In this document: positions 45,783-54,911 of the stretch, piece by piece
Position numbering within the stretch: the stretch's first letter is position 1
Layout: each line of letters opens with the position of its first letter
NCBI GenBank assembly: GCA_039195135.1
Contig: JBCCVP010000003.1
Coordinates: 7,249-71,248, forward strand
DNA: 64,000 nt
From: Pseudomonadota bacterium
Lineage (GTDB): Bacteria > Pseudomonadota > Gammaproteobacteria > Xanthomonadales > SZUA-38
Direction of reading: 5' to 3'
Translations under genes and position numbers: made by a program
The notes under the pieces: model-generated
Databases searched by the model: none
Told to the model about the DNA's origin: nothing
The model's input: only the letters and a program-made list of their open reading frames with translations

Positions 45783-46244
45783 ATGACTCGATTACTGATC
45801 ATTTTTCTCTTACCAGCGCTATTTGTGATGGCCGGCGCAAACGCGGCGGCGCTGAAGCTGCGGGATGGCACCGTGGTGCGCGGCACCATCGTGAAGCTCG
45901 AAGACGGCGTCTATCACGTCGACAGCACCACGCTCGGCGAGATCAAAGTGCGCCAGGCGGACGTGGAGACCGTGCAGTACGGGCGCAGTCAGGCGGGGGA
46001 GAACGCCAATGCCAGCGCCCAGATCCGCCAGCTCCAGCGGGACCTCGCCAGCGACGGATCGATCATGTCGATGATCACGGCACTTCAAGACAATCCGCAG
46101 CTAAAAGAAATCCTGGCGGACCCAGCACTGATGCGAGCGGTAAACAGCGGCGACCTGGCCACGCTGATGGCCAGCGAAAAGTTCATGGCGCTGCTGAACC
46201 AGCCGGACATCAAAGCCATCACCCGGAAAGCAACCGGGCAATAA
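45783..46244 (+). CDS. Small secreted protein with a C-terminal STI1-like helical motif
   Basis: ATG 45783 gives the signal peptide MTRLLIIFLLPALFVMAGANA. An N-terminal beta-rich segment (LKLRDGTVVRGTIVKLEDGVYHV) is followed by DNPQLKEILADPALMRAVNSGDLATLMASEKFMALLNQPDIKAI. Confidence 0.55.
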   Translation: MTRLLIIFLLPALFVMAGANAAALKLRDGTVVRGTIVKLEDGVYHVDSTTLGEIKVRQADVETVQYGRSQAGENANASAQIRQLQRDLASDGSIMSMITALQDNPQLKEILADPALMRAVNSGDLATLMASEKFMALLNQPDIKAITRKATGQ

Positions 46245-46267
46245 AACGCCGCCGTGCGCGAGGGGAT

Positions 46268-47116
46268 TTACTTCTCGACGAACGCCCGCTCGATTACGTA
46301 GTCGCCCGCCACGCCGCTGCTGGGTGACGCCTCAAAGCCGAGATCATCCAGCGCCTTTTGCGTGTCTGCCAGCATCGGAATCGAGCCGCACAGCATGGCG
46401 CGGTCTGTGGCGGGATCAAGCGGCGCAATACCCAGCAGCTCGCAGAGCCTGCCGCTGTTGATCAGGTCGGGGATGTGACCGCTGGTGGGAAACGGCTCCC
46501 GGGTCACCAGCGGAAGGTAGCGCAGCTGGGCCGAGATCATGTCGCCCAGATATTCATGATTGGGTAACTGCGTTTCGATCAGGTTCCGATACGCCAGATC
46601 GCACACCCGGCGAACGCCGTGCACCAAGATCACATCGTCAAAGCGCTCGTAGGCTTCCAGATCCTGGATCGTACTCAGAAACGGGGCGAGGCCGGTGCCG
46701 GTGGCAAACAAGAACAGGCGCTTACCCGGCTTCAGGTCGGTCAGTATCAGGGTACCCACCGGTTTCCGGCTGATCAGCAGCGTGTCGCCGACCTTGACCT
46801 TCTGCAGCCGCGAGGTCAGCGCGCCGTCCGGCACCTTGATCGAGAAAAACTCAAGGTGTTCAGCGTAGTTGGGGCTGGCAATAGAGTAGGCGCGCAGCAG
46901 CGGGCGGTCGTTTACCTCCATCCCCAGCATGACAAACTGCCCGTTCTCAAAGCGCAGCGAATCCGGTCGGGTCGTGCGCAGGCTGAATAGCTTGTCACTC
47001 CAGTGATGGACGTGGGTGACCGTCTCAAGGTACTGCCCTTTGGACGGACGTCGCGGCGCAGGTTTGTCTTCTCCGCCGGTTGGCGCAACCGGCGGCTCAT
47101 GAGTTTCAAAAGTCAT
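46268..47116 (-). CDS. fpr: Ferredoxin-NADP+ reductase
   Basis: RAYSIAS (FAD-binding R-x-Y-S), GTGLAPF (NADP-binding), the LCGS motif and a C-terminal aromatic-containing tail. Typical bacterial Fpr. Confidence 0.9.
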   Translation of the reverse strand: MTFETHEPPVAPTGGEDKPAPRRPSKGQYLETVTHVHHWSDKLFSLRTTRPDSLRFENGQFVMLGMEVNDRPLLRAYSIASPNYAEHLEFFSIKVPDGALTSRLQKVKVGDTLLISRKPVGTLILTDLKPGKRLFLFATGTGLAPFLSTIQDLEAYERFDDVILVHGVRRVCDLAYRNLIETQLPNHEYLGDMISAQLRYLPLVTREPFPTSGHIPDLINSGRLCELLGIAPLDPATDRAMLCGSIPMLADTQKALDDLGFEASPSSGVAGDYVIERAFVEK

Positions 47117-47182
47117 GGGGCCAGCGTAGTGGATCTGAACCCCACCAAAATCGGGAGATGTACCTAGTGTTTGCGGCGCCGG

Positions 47183-48088
47183 TTATTCCCGATAGTCGTC
47201 AATGATGGTGGCGTCCACCCACATGAGATCTTCGCCCTGGGTGAAGTAGAAGTATTTACCGTCCGGGGTCACCATCGGGCAGTAGTCGGAATCTGCCGAA
47301 TTGATGCCCTCGCCCATGTGGATGCCCTTGCCCCAGGACCCATCTTCCTGCCGAAAACTCACGTAGAGATCGCCATTGCCGAGGCTGTCGGACCGGTTTG
47401 CCGATACGTGGATGATGTAGGACTCATCCGGGCTGACGTAGATGTCGCCCTCGTCGGTGGGACCATTGATACCAGGCCCCAGATTGACCGGGTTTTCGAA
47501 CTCGCCGTCGCGGTACTGGGCGCGATAGCTGTCGCGCGCGCCGAGACTGTCTTCCCGCGCCGCCGAGAAGTACAGGCTGCCGTCGGCAACCAGCAGCGGA
47601 TAGAGCTCGTGGTCGGGACCATTAATGTGCGCCCCGAGCGGTTCCGGGTCGACGAGCCCAAAGCCGGTCACCCGACTGCGCCAGATGTTGTAGCGCTCCA
47701 GCGAATAGCCGGCCAGCGGGCGATCGGAGATAAAGTACAGCCATCGTCCATCCGGGGAAAACGCCATATCCGCATCCCGGTGATTGGGATAGGTCTTGGA
47801 CAGCGGTGTCATGCGCGGTTCCTGCCAGGTGCCGTCGTCCCGGCGGTAGCTGAAAAACATCTTGAACGCGCCGTTGATCTCCCGGGTAAACAGAAAGATC
47901 CGCCCGTTCGGCGAGTAAACCGCGTTCAGCTCCCGTTCCCCGGGCAGGGAAACCAGGCCCGGCATAAACACCTTGGGAGTCCGTCCGGGCGGTTCCTGGC
48001 CGAGGTAGTCACCCGAGAGGGTTGGCCACGTTTCCTGACCGGCAGCCGGCAGGGCAATCAGCAAAGCAAGTAAAAAGACACCGCGCAC
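47183..48088 (-). CDS. Secreted PD40/TolB-like beta-propeller repeat protein
   Basis: GTG 48088 with AGGAG 7 nt upstream. Signal peptide (M)RGVFLLALLIALPAAGQ. PD40-like units: YSPNGRIFLFT, FSPDGRWLYFISDR, VSPDESYIIHVSAN, VTPDGKYFYFT. Confidence 0.8.
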   Translation of the reverse strand: MRGVFLLALLIALPAAGQETWPTLSGDYLGQEPPGRTPKVFMPGLVSLPGERELNAVYSPNGRIFLFTREINGAFKMFFSYRRDDGTWQEPRMTPLSKTYPNHRDADMAFSPDGRWLYFISDRPLAGYSLERYNIWRSRVTGFGLVDPEPLGAHINGPDHELYPLLVADGSLYFSAAREDSLGARDSYRAQYRDGEFENPVNLGPGINGPTDEGDIYVSPDESYIIHVSANRSDSLGNGDLYVSFRQEDGSWGKGIHMGEGINSADSDYCPMVTPDGKYFYFTQGEDLMWVDATIIDDYRE

Positions 48089-48194
48089 GGCAAGGCTCCT
48101 CGTGACAAGCCCATCAACCTACCAACTGCCGGGCTAAAAAACTATTTCGGCGCCGCCTCAAAGCCGTCGGCAAATAATGAGGCAGTACGTAACA

Positions 48195-48608
48195 TCATGA
48201 ACTCCTTTCAGTCGGTTGGTTGATAGGCGGCGTCCGCAGCCGCCACAGTCTTCGGGGGCCTTCCCAGGCCAGCTCCACCGCCCTGCGCGGGCCCGCGGTT
48301 CGATAGTTGGCGTAGCGCCGCTCGCTCGGGCGAATGCTGATCTCGGCAAACAGGGGCGTCGCCGCCAGGCCCGAGGGGTCAAACCACACGGCAAACTGGC
48401 CAGCAGTGATGGACACACGCTGGAAAGAACGCTCGGCAAGCACCGGCCCGCCGGAAGGCTCAGCAAAAAACTGCACCTTGAGATCAACCTGCAGCGAGCC
48501 GACCGCTTCATAGCCGGAAAACTGGCCGGTCAGGAGGGCAGAAAAATCCGGATTCGCGCTGGCCGCCAGCGAAGCAAGTCCCCATAGGAAAGGCATTAGC
48601 CATTTCAT
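48195..48608 (-). CDS. Hypothetical small secreted protein
   Basis: From ATG 48608: MKWLMPFLWGLASLAASA signal peptide and 137 aa in total. No recognisable family. It is divergent from the wHTH-TPR regulator. Coding status is uncertain. Confidence 0.4.
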   Translation of the reverse strand: MKWLMPFLWGLASLAASANPDFSALLTGQFSGYEAVGSLQVDLKVQFFAEPSGGPVLAERSFQRVSITAGQFAVWFDPSGLAATPLFAEISIRPSERRYANYRTAGPRRAVELAWEGPRRLWRLRTPPINQPTERSS

Positions 48609-48712
48609 GCCTTTATCTATAGGTGGCGTCGCTTTTCCGGGTCTTGAGGAGACCCTGACGAACTCCTGACGAACCCCGGCAAACGGTTTGTGCTGCGATA
48701 CACTGAGGCGGA

Positions 48713-51100
48713 ATGGACGCGCACGAAAGCGAAACTGTGGGCACACCACCCGCTGCCGGCAATCTTCGTCTGAGCTGTGATCGGATCGAGCTCGATGTCG
48801 CCAACCGTGAGCTCCGCATCGACGGTGAAGCGACGCCGGTGGAACGGCGCGCCTTTGACCTGATTGCCTATTTGATGGCCAACAGCGGTCGGGTGGTGGA
48901 CAAAGATGAGCTCCTGGATGAGGTCTGGGCTGGACGACCCGTATCTGAGTCCACGGTTGCCCAGGCCGTCAGTCGCGCCCGCAAGACGCTCGGCGGCGAT
49001 GGGCCAGAGGCCTATATCGCCAACGTCTACGGCGTCGGTTATCGATTTGCTCAAGCGGTGCAGGAAGTTGCGCCGGCTACTGCTTCAGCTCCCGCGCCGG
49101 TAACGGCCTCGGCAGATCGGAACGGATGGCTGCTTTGGGCGGTCGCCTGTACCGCACTGATCGCGGCCGGCCTGGCGGTCTGGCGACCCTGGGAAAGCGC
49201 ACGGCAGGCGGAGCCGATCCGCATTGCGGTACTTCCGGTGCGCAATGACACGGGAGACCCGGAGCTCGACTGGGTGCGGCTGGGCGTCCTCCCGATGATG
49301 GTGGAAACGCTGAACGAGCGGGGCGTCCCCAGCGTCCGCCCCGGCACGGTGCTGGCAACGCTCCGCCGCTACCCCGACGCCGAGGAAGCGGTGGAGCAGG
49401 CCCGCATCCTGCAGCTGAGCACCGGCGCGGACAGCGTGCTGGCGCCGCGGCTGTCCCGGGATGCAACGGGTCTGCGACTGGACGTCAGCGAGGTTGGTGA
49501 GCAAGACGGGGGGCAAAACCGTCAGCTGGGGATGACCCTCTACGGCGAAGATATTCCCATGCTTGCGGTAGCGTCGGCGGTCACTTTGTCCGAGCGGCTG
49601 GCGCGCTGGCAGGGCGCCCAACGGGCTCAGAGTAGCCTGGTGACGGAGGACCCGTTTGTAAATGAGGCTTTTGCGCGGGGCCTCGACGCCCGGCTGCGCG
49701 GACGGTTTGAACAGGCGGCAAACTACTTCGATACGGCACTCGCCGCTGCGCCGGATCTGCTGGAGGCGAAATACCACCTCAGCCTCGTCACCCGCCGCAT
49801 GGGGGACTACGAATACACGGACCAGCTCAACCGCGAACTCCTCGCCAGCGCCCAGGCTTCGGGAAACCAGAACATGCTGGCAGCGGTGCAGTCCGTCTCC
49901 GGCACCCTTGCCTGGCGCCGCGGCGACCGCGAGGCTGCTCTTAGCTGGTATGAGCAGGCGCTCGCCAACTACCAGGCCATGAACAACCTGGACTACATCG
50001 CCAGTGTGACAGGAAACCTGGGCATTCTGGCTGCCACCGGCAGTGACTACCAAACCGCAGAAGCGCGTTTTCTGGCCACGCTGGGGCACTACGAGCAGAC
50101 CGGTGATCAATTCAACGAGGCAACGGTCCTCAAGAACCTGGGGCACCTGTACAACGACCAGGGCCGCTATGGCGACGCCGAATCCTATCTGCTTCGATCG
50201 CTTTCTCTGCGCCAGACGCTGGAGCTGCCACTGCAGGTGGCGCAAACCATGAGCACCCTGGCGGATATCAAAATGGCGCGAGGGCGGTGGGACGAGGCAG
50301 CGGCGTATCAGGAACGGGTGCGGGAAGCGGCGCAGAAGTATGAAAATCCGCGGCTGGAGGCGCAGGCCAGCGCCGACCTGGCCGCAGCCCTGCTTCGCCT
50401 GGGACGCCTGAGCGAAGCCCGGGGGCTGGCGGCGCGGGCGCGCGGCATTGCGGCGGAGCTGGGCAACCCGAGCACCGAGGCTTTTGCGCTGCTGCAGCAG
50501 GGCCGCGTCGAGCTGGCCGGGGCGGACCCGGCCGAGGCGGCAGCGCGCTTCACCGAGGCGGCCGAGATTTATGCCCGGATAGAGGAGCCGCTGGGCCAGG
50601 CGAACAGCCAGGTAGCGCTGGCGGAAGCGCTGGTCGAGCTGGGCGATACCGAGCAGGCTGCCAACCGCCTTGAGGATGCGCAGGGCCAGATTGATGCGCT
50701 GGCGCTGGACACCCTGCGTGTCAGTCTGCTGTCAGCCCAGGCAGCCCTCGCTGCGCGATCCGGCGACAGTGCCGCCGCCATCAGTGGGCTGAGCGACGCT
50801 TATCAGCTGGCGCAGAATCAGGAGGCAACGGTGGAGGTGCTTGCAGCCGGCGGTCGCCTCGGACTGCTGCTGCTGGAACAGGCGTCGCCGGACAACCGCC
50901 TGCCCACGCTGGCGCAGCAGCTGGGAACGGCCCCCCAGGCCAGCGTTGAAGCGCTCGCTTTTCTGAGTCGCTACTACCAGCGCAAAGACCCGGTCCGGGC
51001 ACTGGACTTTGCCATGCAAAGACGCCGCCTGCTCGGCGAAGGCTGGCGCGCCGCCGACGAGCAGGCGCTGCGCTCGCTGCAAGGACAGGTGCCGCCTTAG
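48713..51100 (+). CDS. Membrane-bound ToxR/CadC-like regulator: OmpR/PhoB-type winged-helix DNA-binding domain, TM segment, periplasmic TPR array
   Basis: wHTH: RRAFDLIAYLMANSGRVVDKDELLDEVWAGRPVSESTVAQAVSRARKTL...YGVGYRF. TM: GWLLWAVACTALIAAGLAVW. Numerous TPR-like units follow (YFDTALAAAPDLLEAKYHL, ALSWYEQALANYQAM, AESYLLRSLSLRQ and others). Confidence 0.8.
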   Translation: MDAHESETVGTPPAAGNLRLSCDRIELDVANRELRIDGEATPVERRAFDLIAYLMANSGRVVDKDELLDEVWAGRPVSESTVAQAVSRARKTLGGDGPEAYIANVYGVGYRFAQAVQEVAPATASAPAPVTASADRNGWLLWAVACTALIAAGLAVWRPWESARQAEPIRIAVLPVRNDTGDPELDWVRLGVLPMMVETLNERGVPSVRPGTVLATLRRYPDAEEAVEQARILQLSTGADSVLAPRLSRDATGLRLDVSEVGEQDGGQNRQLGMTLYGEDIPMLAVASAVTLSERLARWQGAQRAQSSLVTEDPFVNEAFARGLDARLRGRFEQAANYFDTALAAAPDLLEAKYHLSLVTRRMGDYEYTDQLNRELLASAQASGNQNMLAAVQSVSGTLAWRRGDREAALSWYEQALANYQAMNNLDYIASVTGNLGILAATGSDYQTAEARFLATLGHYEQTGDQFNEATVLKNLGHLYNDQGRYGDAESYLLRSLSLRQTLELPLQVAQTMSTLADIKMARGRWDEAAAYQERVREAAQKYENPRLEAQASADLAAALLRLGRLSEARGLAARARGIAAELGNPSTEAFALLQQGRVELAGADPAEAAARFTEAAEIYARIEEPLGQANSQVALAEALVELGDTEQAANRLEDAQGQIDALALDTLRVSLLSAQAALAARSGDSAAAISGLSDAYQLAQNQEATVEVLAAGGRLGLLLLEQASPDNRLPTLAQQLGTAPQASVEALAFLSRYYQRKDPVRALDFAMQRRRLLGEGWRAADEQALRSLQGQVPP

Positions 51101-51110
51101 GCGGGGTTCG

Positions 51111-53258
51111 ATGCCTGGACCCGCGCTTAAGAAATGGCGGACGGCCGCAACGGCGCTAACCGGCAGCCTGCTCTGTGCCTTTACTGCCGCCGCCGCAGGG
51201 CCGGCCAGCCTTCCGGAATGCTTGAGCACCGGCACTCAGGACCCCAGGCCTGCGGTCCTGAGCTGCGAACGCTGGCTTGAAGACACCGAGCTTCCGGTCG
51301 CTGAGCGCACCAAGCTCTACATTCACCTCGCCATGCTGCACGCCCAGTGGAACGAGCTGGTTAAGGCCCGTCAGTATCTGGACACGGCGCTGCTGCGCAA
51401 TTCGGCGCTTTTGGAAGACAACCTGTATCGCTACAACTGGCTGCGGCAGCGGGGCATCATCGAGCTGCGACGGGAAGACTACCGGGCGGCGCTACCCCAT
51501 TTTGAGGAATCGCTGCGCATTGTTCGTCTGCTGGGCCGGGACCTGCTGGCCGCCACGGTGCATAACGATCTCGGCACCATCTACCGCGAACTGGGGGATT
51601 ACACCGCGGCCCTGGGCGCCTTTGAGCGGGCCCTTGAGCTGCGCAAAGCGGAAGCCGAAGCGGGCGATTACAGCGCAGGCCTGATGCTGGCCAATATCGC
51701 CGGTGTTTACCGCGATCTTGGAAACCTGGATGAAGCGCGGCTTTATCTGAACCGGGCCCTTACCGTGCACCAGTTAGCACAACAGGAAAATCCGGCGCTC
51801 CAGGACTACGTGGAGAACTTTGTTGCCCACGTGCATGAAGACCTCGGTGCAACCGAACTGGACGCGGGCAATCTCGCTGCCGCGGCCGTCCATCTTGATG
51901 AAGCCAACAGTCGCTATGCCGCGCTTGGCCGCAGCGCCGAACGCGCCCGGGTACTGGTTCTGCGCGGCCGGCTTGCCAACCGCCGCGAGCAGCCTGCCCC
52001 GGCGCTTCAGTTTCTGGCTCAGGCCAACCGGCTGCTGGCGGAACTGGACCAGCAGAGCCTGCTGGAACTTAAGCCCGAGCTCGCCGCGGTCTATCTGCAG
52101 CTGGGGGAACTTGAGGCCGCCGAGACAGTAGCCCGGTCAGCGCTGACGCTGGCGGAGGAAAAGCGCCATGCGCGCGTCAGCATGCTGCTCAAAAAGACGC
52201 TGGCGGATATCTACACGGCGCAGGGCAGACCCGAGCCGGCGCTTGCATCCATGAGGGAACACATGGCCGCCTACGAAAAGCTTCTCGACGAAAAATACGC
52301 CGAGGACTTTTCGATTCTCAAAGCCAATATCGAAATCGACGAGCAGCGCAAAGCCAATGCCCTGCTGGAAAAGGACAATCAGATCGCAGCGCTGACGGTG
52401 ACTCGCCAGCGCCTGGCGCTGGCGGTTGGTGGGGTGCTGGCGCTGCTGCTGTTGACCATCCTGGCCTGGATCTGGCGCAGCAGACAGCAGGATGCCCGGC
52501 GGCTTGAGGAGGAACGGGCCGCACATCAGGCGGAGCTGAGCGCCCTGTCTCGCTACAGCGAGCGACTGCTGGACCTGCTCGACAGCACACCCTATCCGCT
52601 GATCTGTATCGATGAAGGCGGGCGCCTGCTGCACGCAAATGCCCCGTTCCGAACCTGGTGTGGGAAGGACTTTGCCGAACAGGCCCGTCTGGCTGACGTG
52701 TTGCCAGACCTGCAGGCGCAGCTGATGCAGCTGGACCTCGATGGGAACGAGCCGGTTGAGGCAGAGCATGGCTCGGCCGCTGGCCAGGAACGCTACCGCA
52801 TCACTGTTCGTTCGCTCGACCACAGCGATGGGTACCTGCTGGTGCTGCTGCAGCCGCTTTCCGATGTCGGCAACGATGACTCGGCGCTGGCCCAGGTGAA
52901 TGCACGCTCGAGCCAGGCGCGGCAGGAAAACCTGGCCACCTATCGCCAGGCTCTGGTGGACCTGATGCTGGGGTGCGTTGAAGTCTGGGAAGCGGCTACC
53001 GGTGACGACCGGATCGCCCTGGCGGAACGCAGCAGCATCTGGCAGGTTGCGATCGACGACGGACGGGTGCGTACCCGAACCATGGAGAAGTATCTTTCGG
53101 TGCAGCGGTTGCCGGGGCGGCCCCGCTGGCGGCAGGTGGTACGCACCTGCCGCTACATTCTGATTAACTGCCCGCTGTCAGCCTCTCAGCGAGGCCGCCT
53201 GGAGCAGCTGCTGAATCAGTTCATGTCTCTGGAGCGAGCCCGGGCGCTCGAGGCCTAG
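51111..53258 (+). CDS. TPR-repeat sensor-like membrane protein: exported TPR array, coiled coil, TM segment, cytoplasmic PAS-like segment, unidentified C-terminal domain
   Basis: ATG 51111 lies 10 nt after the previous stop. N-terminal signal/anchor segment. TPR units: LGTIYRELGDYTAALGAFERALELRK, IAGVYRDLGNLDEARLYLNRAL. TM: LALAVGGVLALLLLTILAWIW. Next comes LLDSTPYPLICIDEGGRLLHANAPF (PAS-like). I could not assign the last roughly 130 aa to any output domain. Confidence 0.75.
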   Translation: MPGPALKKWRTAATALTGSLLCAFTAAAAGPASLPECLSTGTQDPRPAVLSCERWLEDTELPVAERTKLYIHLAMLHAQWNELVKARQYLDTALLRNSALLEDNLYRYNWLRQRGIIELRREDYRAALPHFEESLRIVRLLGRDLLAATVHNDLGTIYRELGDYTAALGAFERALELRKAEAEAGDYSAGLMLANIAGVYRDLGNLDEARLYLNRALTVHQLAQQENPALQDYVENFVAHVHEDLGATELDAGNLAAAAVHLDEANSRYAALGRSAERARVLVLRGRLANRREQPAPALQFLAQANRLLAELDQQSLLELKPELAAVYLQLGELEAAETVARSALTLAEEKRHARVSMLLKKTLADIYTAQGRPEPALASMREHMAAYEKLLDEKYAEDFSILKANIEIDEQRKANALLEKDNQIAALTVTRQRLALAVGGVLALLLLTILAWIWRSRQQDARRLEEERAAHQAELSALSRYSERLLDLLDSTPYPLICIDEGGRLLHANAPFRTWCGKDFAEQARLADVLPDLQAQLMQLDLDGNEPVEAEHGSAAGQERYRITVRSLDHSDGYLLVLLQPLSDVGNDDSALAQVNARSSQARQENLATYRQALVDLMLGCVEVWEAATGDDRIALAERSSIWQVAIDDGRVRTRTMEKYLSVQRLPGRPRWRQVVRTCRYILINCPLSASQRGRLEQLLNQFMSLERARALEA

Positions 53259-53263
53259 TCAGG

Positions 53264-53761
53264 CTAGGCGCCGACCTGGGCACGAATTTTTGCTTCCAGA
53301 GCACGGTACCGATCCAGATTCCCAACCCGCAGCAGCCGCGGCAAGGCAAAGTAGTCCTGGTCGATGAGACGGCGCAGGCGGGCCCGGTCGTCCGCGCTGC
53401 CGGACTGAAGCAGCCGCCCCAGCTCATATTCGGTGCGGTCGATGCGGTCGTCCAGCTGCTGGCGGATTCGGGTCACGATGGCGGCGTAGTGTTTTTCATT
53501 GCCGACGGTCACCGAGTTATTCAGCAGGCTTTCAAGAGCTGCTACGGAGGCCGCCAGCGCCGCCGATTCGAAAGGTCGCGGGGCATCACCTTTCGCCAGC
53601 CGCTTATAGCCTTCGTGGGCATCCACAAGGATTTCGCTGTGGCGATCCAGCAGCTGCCTTTCATCCACTTCGCCGGCTTCCCAGGCCCACCGGGCATGCG
53701 ACGGCTCCGCGGCTCCCAGAGTTACCAGCAGCACTCCGGCTGCGAACCATCGATTCATCAT
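53264..53761 (-). CDS. Secreted protein of unknown function, paralogous to the N-terminal domain of 53758-54729
   Basis: ATG 53761 overlaps the upstream stop (ATGA). Signal peptide MMNRWFAAGVLLVTLGAAEPSHA. It shares the block EY-E-x(n)-DYFALPRLL with its neighbour (HYFALPLLL). Confidence 0.55.
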   Translation of the reverse strand: MMNRWFAAGVLLVTLGAAEPSHARWAWEAGEVDERQLLDRHSEILVDAHEGYKRLAKGDAPRPFESAALAASVAALESLLNNSVTVGNEKHYAAIVTRIRQQLDDRIDRTEYELGRLLQSGSADDRARLRRLIDQDYFALPRLLRVGNLDRYRALEAKIRAQVGA

Positions 53762-54729
53762 GACGACTCCTTGTCTTTGAGTTTGAGAGGAGCGAGCTTC
53801 TGCGTGGCCAGCTCTCGGGAACGTTGCGCGAGGGCGGCGGGAATGAGGCCCCGGCGGTAGGCGAAAAAGCCGCCACTCCCCAGCACCAGCAGCAGCACCA
53901 GCCAGAAGAAACCGGAGCCCGAAGCGTCCGCCCGGGCATTGTCCATCGCGGTGGCCGTAAGCTCCTGAGCCCGGGCTAGTTCTGCCGCGACCTCCGCCTG
54001 GGCGGCAGCCTGCGCGGCCGCCACCTCCGTGGCGATGTCCGCCTGGCGGGCTGCGTTTTCCCGCTCGATTTGCGCCGTTTGCGCCGCCCGTCGAGCCTGC
54101 CTGGCAGCTTCCTCCCGGCGCCGGCTTTCGCTGATGGAGACCACTTCCGTGGATCCAAGGTCCGCCGTGCGCACCGATGGCCACTGGATGCCGGTGAGAT
54201 CCAGATCAGGCCGAGCTCCGCCCGCCTGAACATGCAGCGCCAGGGCGTCGCGATACATCTCCTGGTAGGGCGTGGATCCTTCGTAGAGCAGCAGCGGCAG
54301 CGCGAAGTAGTGCCACTGAACCATCTCCTTGAGGCGCTCCCGGCGAAATTCGTAGTTGGTGGCGTCAGCGGAGCGGCCCGCCGCCAGCACCTCGCCGGTC
54401 TTTTTCAGGCGCTCGCGAACAACGGGGTATTGGGACACAAAGCCGGCCACCACCATCTGCTCAAACTCATCGCGCAGTCTGGGCTCATGCTCGGATTGGT
54501 GGTCATCATGAAAGGCCGCGTAAACCTGTGCGACGGCTGTGGCCAGCGCAGCAACGTCCTGCGGCGGCGCTAGATTGGGTTTGGCTGGGAACTTTGACAG
54601 GTAAGACTGCCAACTGTTGATCAGTGACAGGTTGTCGACCAGTCGGTCCTCGTAGTCTGAGGTCTGGGCCCGGACGGGCGCGCTCAGCCAAGCGCCGAGC
54701 AGGAGCCCCAGAACGATCCATCGTGTCAT
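53758..54729 (-). CDS. Exported, C-terminally anchored protein of unknown function (periplasmic domain, Ala/Gln-rich coiled coil, TM segment)
   Basis: Signal peptide MTRWIVLGLLLGAWLSAPVRA. A domain of about 190 aa is followed by the coiled-coil-like stretch REEAARQARRAAQTAQIERENAARQADIATEVAAAQAAAQAEVAAELARAQE. The TM segment is GFFWLVLLLVLGSGGFFAY, followed by a basic tail. Confidence 0.6.
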   Translation of the reverse strand: MTRWIVLGLLLGAWLSAPVRAQTSDYEDRLVDNLSLINSWQSYLSKFPAKPNLAPPQDVAALATAVAQVYAAFHDDHQSEHEPRLRDEFEQMVVAGFVSQYPVVRERLKKTGEVLAAGRSADATNYEFRRERLKEMVQWHYFALPLLLYEGSTPYQEMYRDALALHVQAGGARPDLDLTGIQWPSVRTADLGSTEVVSISESRRREEAARQARRAAQTAQIERENAARQADIATEVAAAQAAAQAEVAAELARAQELTATAMDNARADASGSGFFWLVLLLVLGSGGFFAYRRGLIPAALAQRSRELATQKLAPLKLKDKESS

Positions 54730-54911
54730 GTCGCTATTCCTTCAGTTTGGACGGGCCCGGCTCGCCACTTTCGGACGGCATCGAGCACCTGCCAATAGAG
54801 TTGGCCAAAGCCGTGGCGCCGACAACCAATAGCGCAGACAAAACCGGGAACCGACGGGGTGTTTTCGGGAAATTGCGAGCGTAAGGCGTTGATCGCTATG
54901 ACGTTAGGGCG

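Noticed and set aside
49085-50245. 386-aa minus-strand ORF
   Set aside because: It is antisense to the wHTH-TPR regulator, and no domain signature is present.
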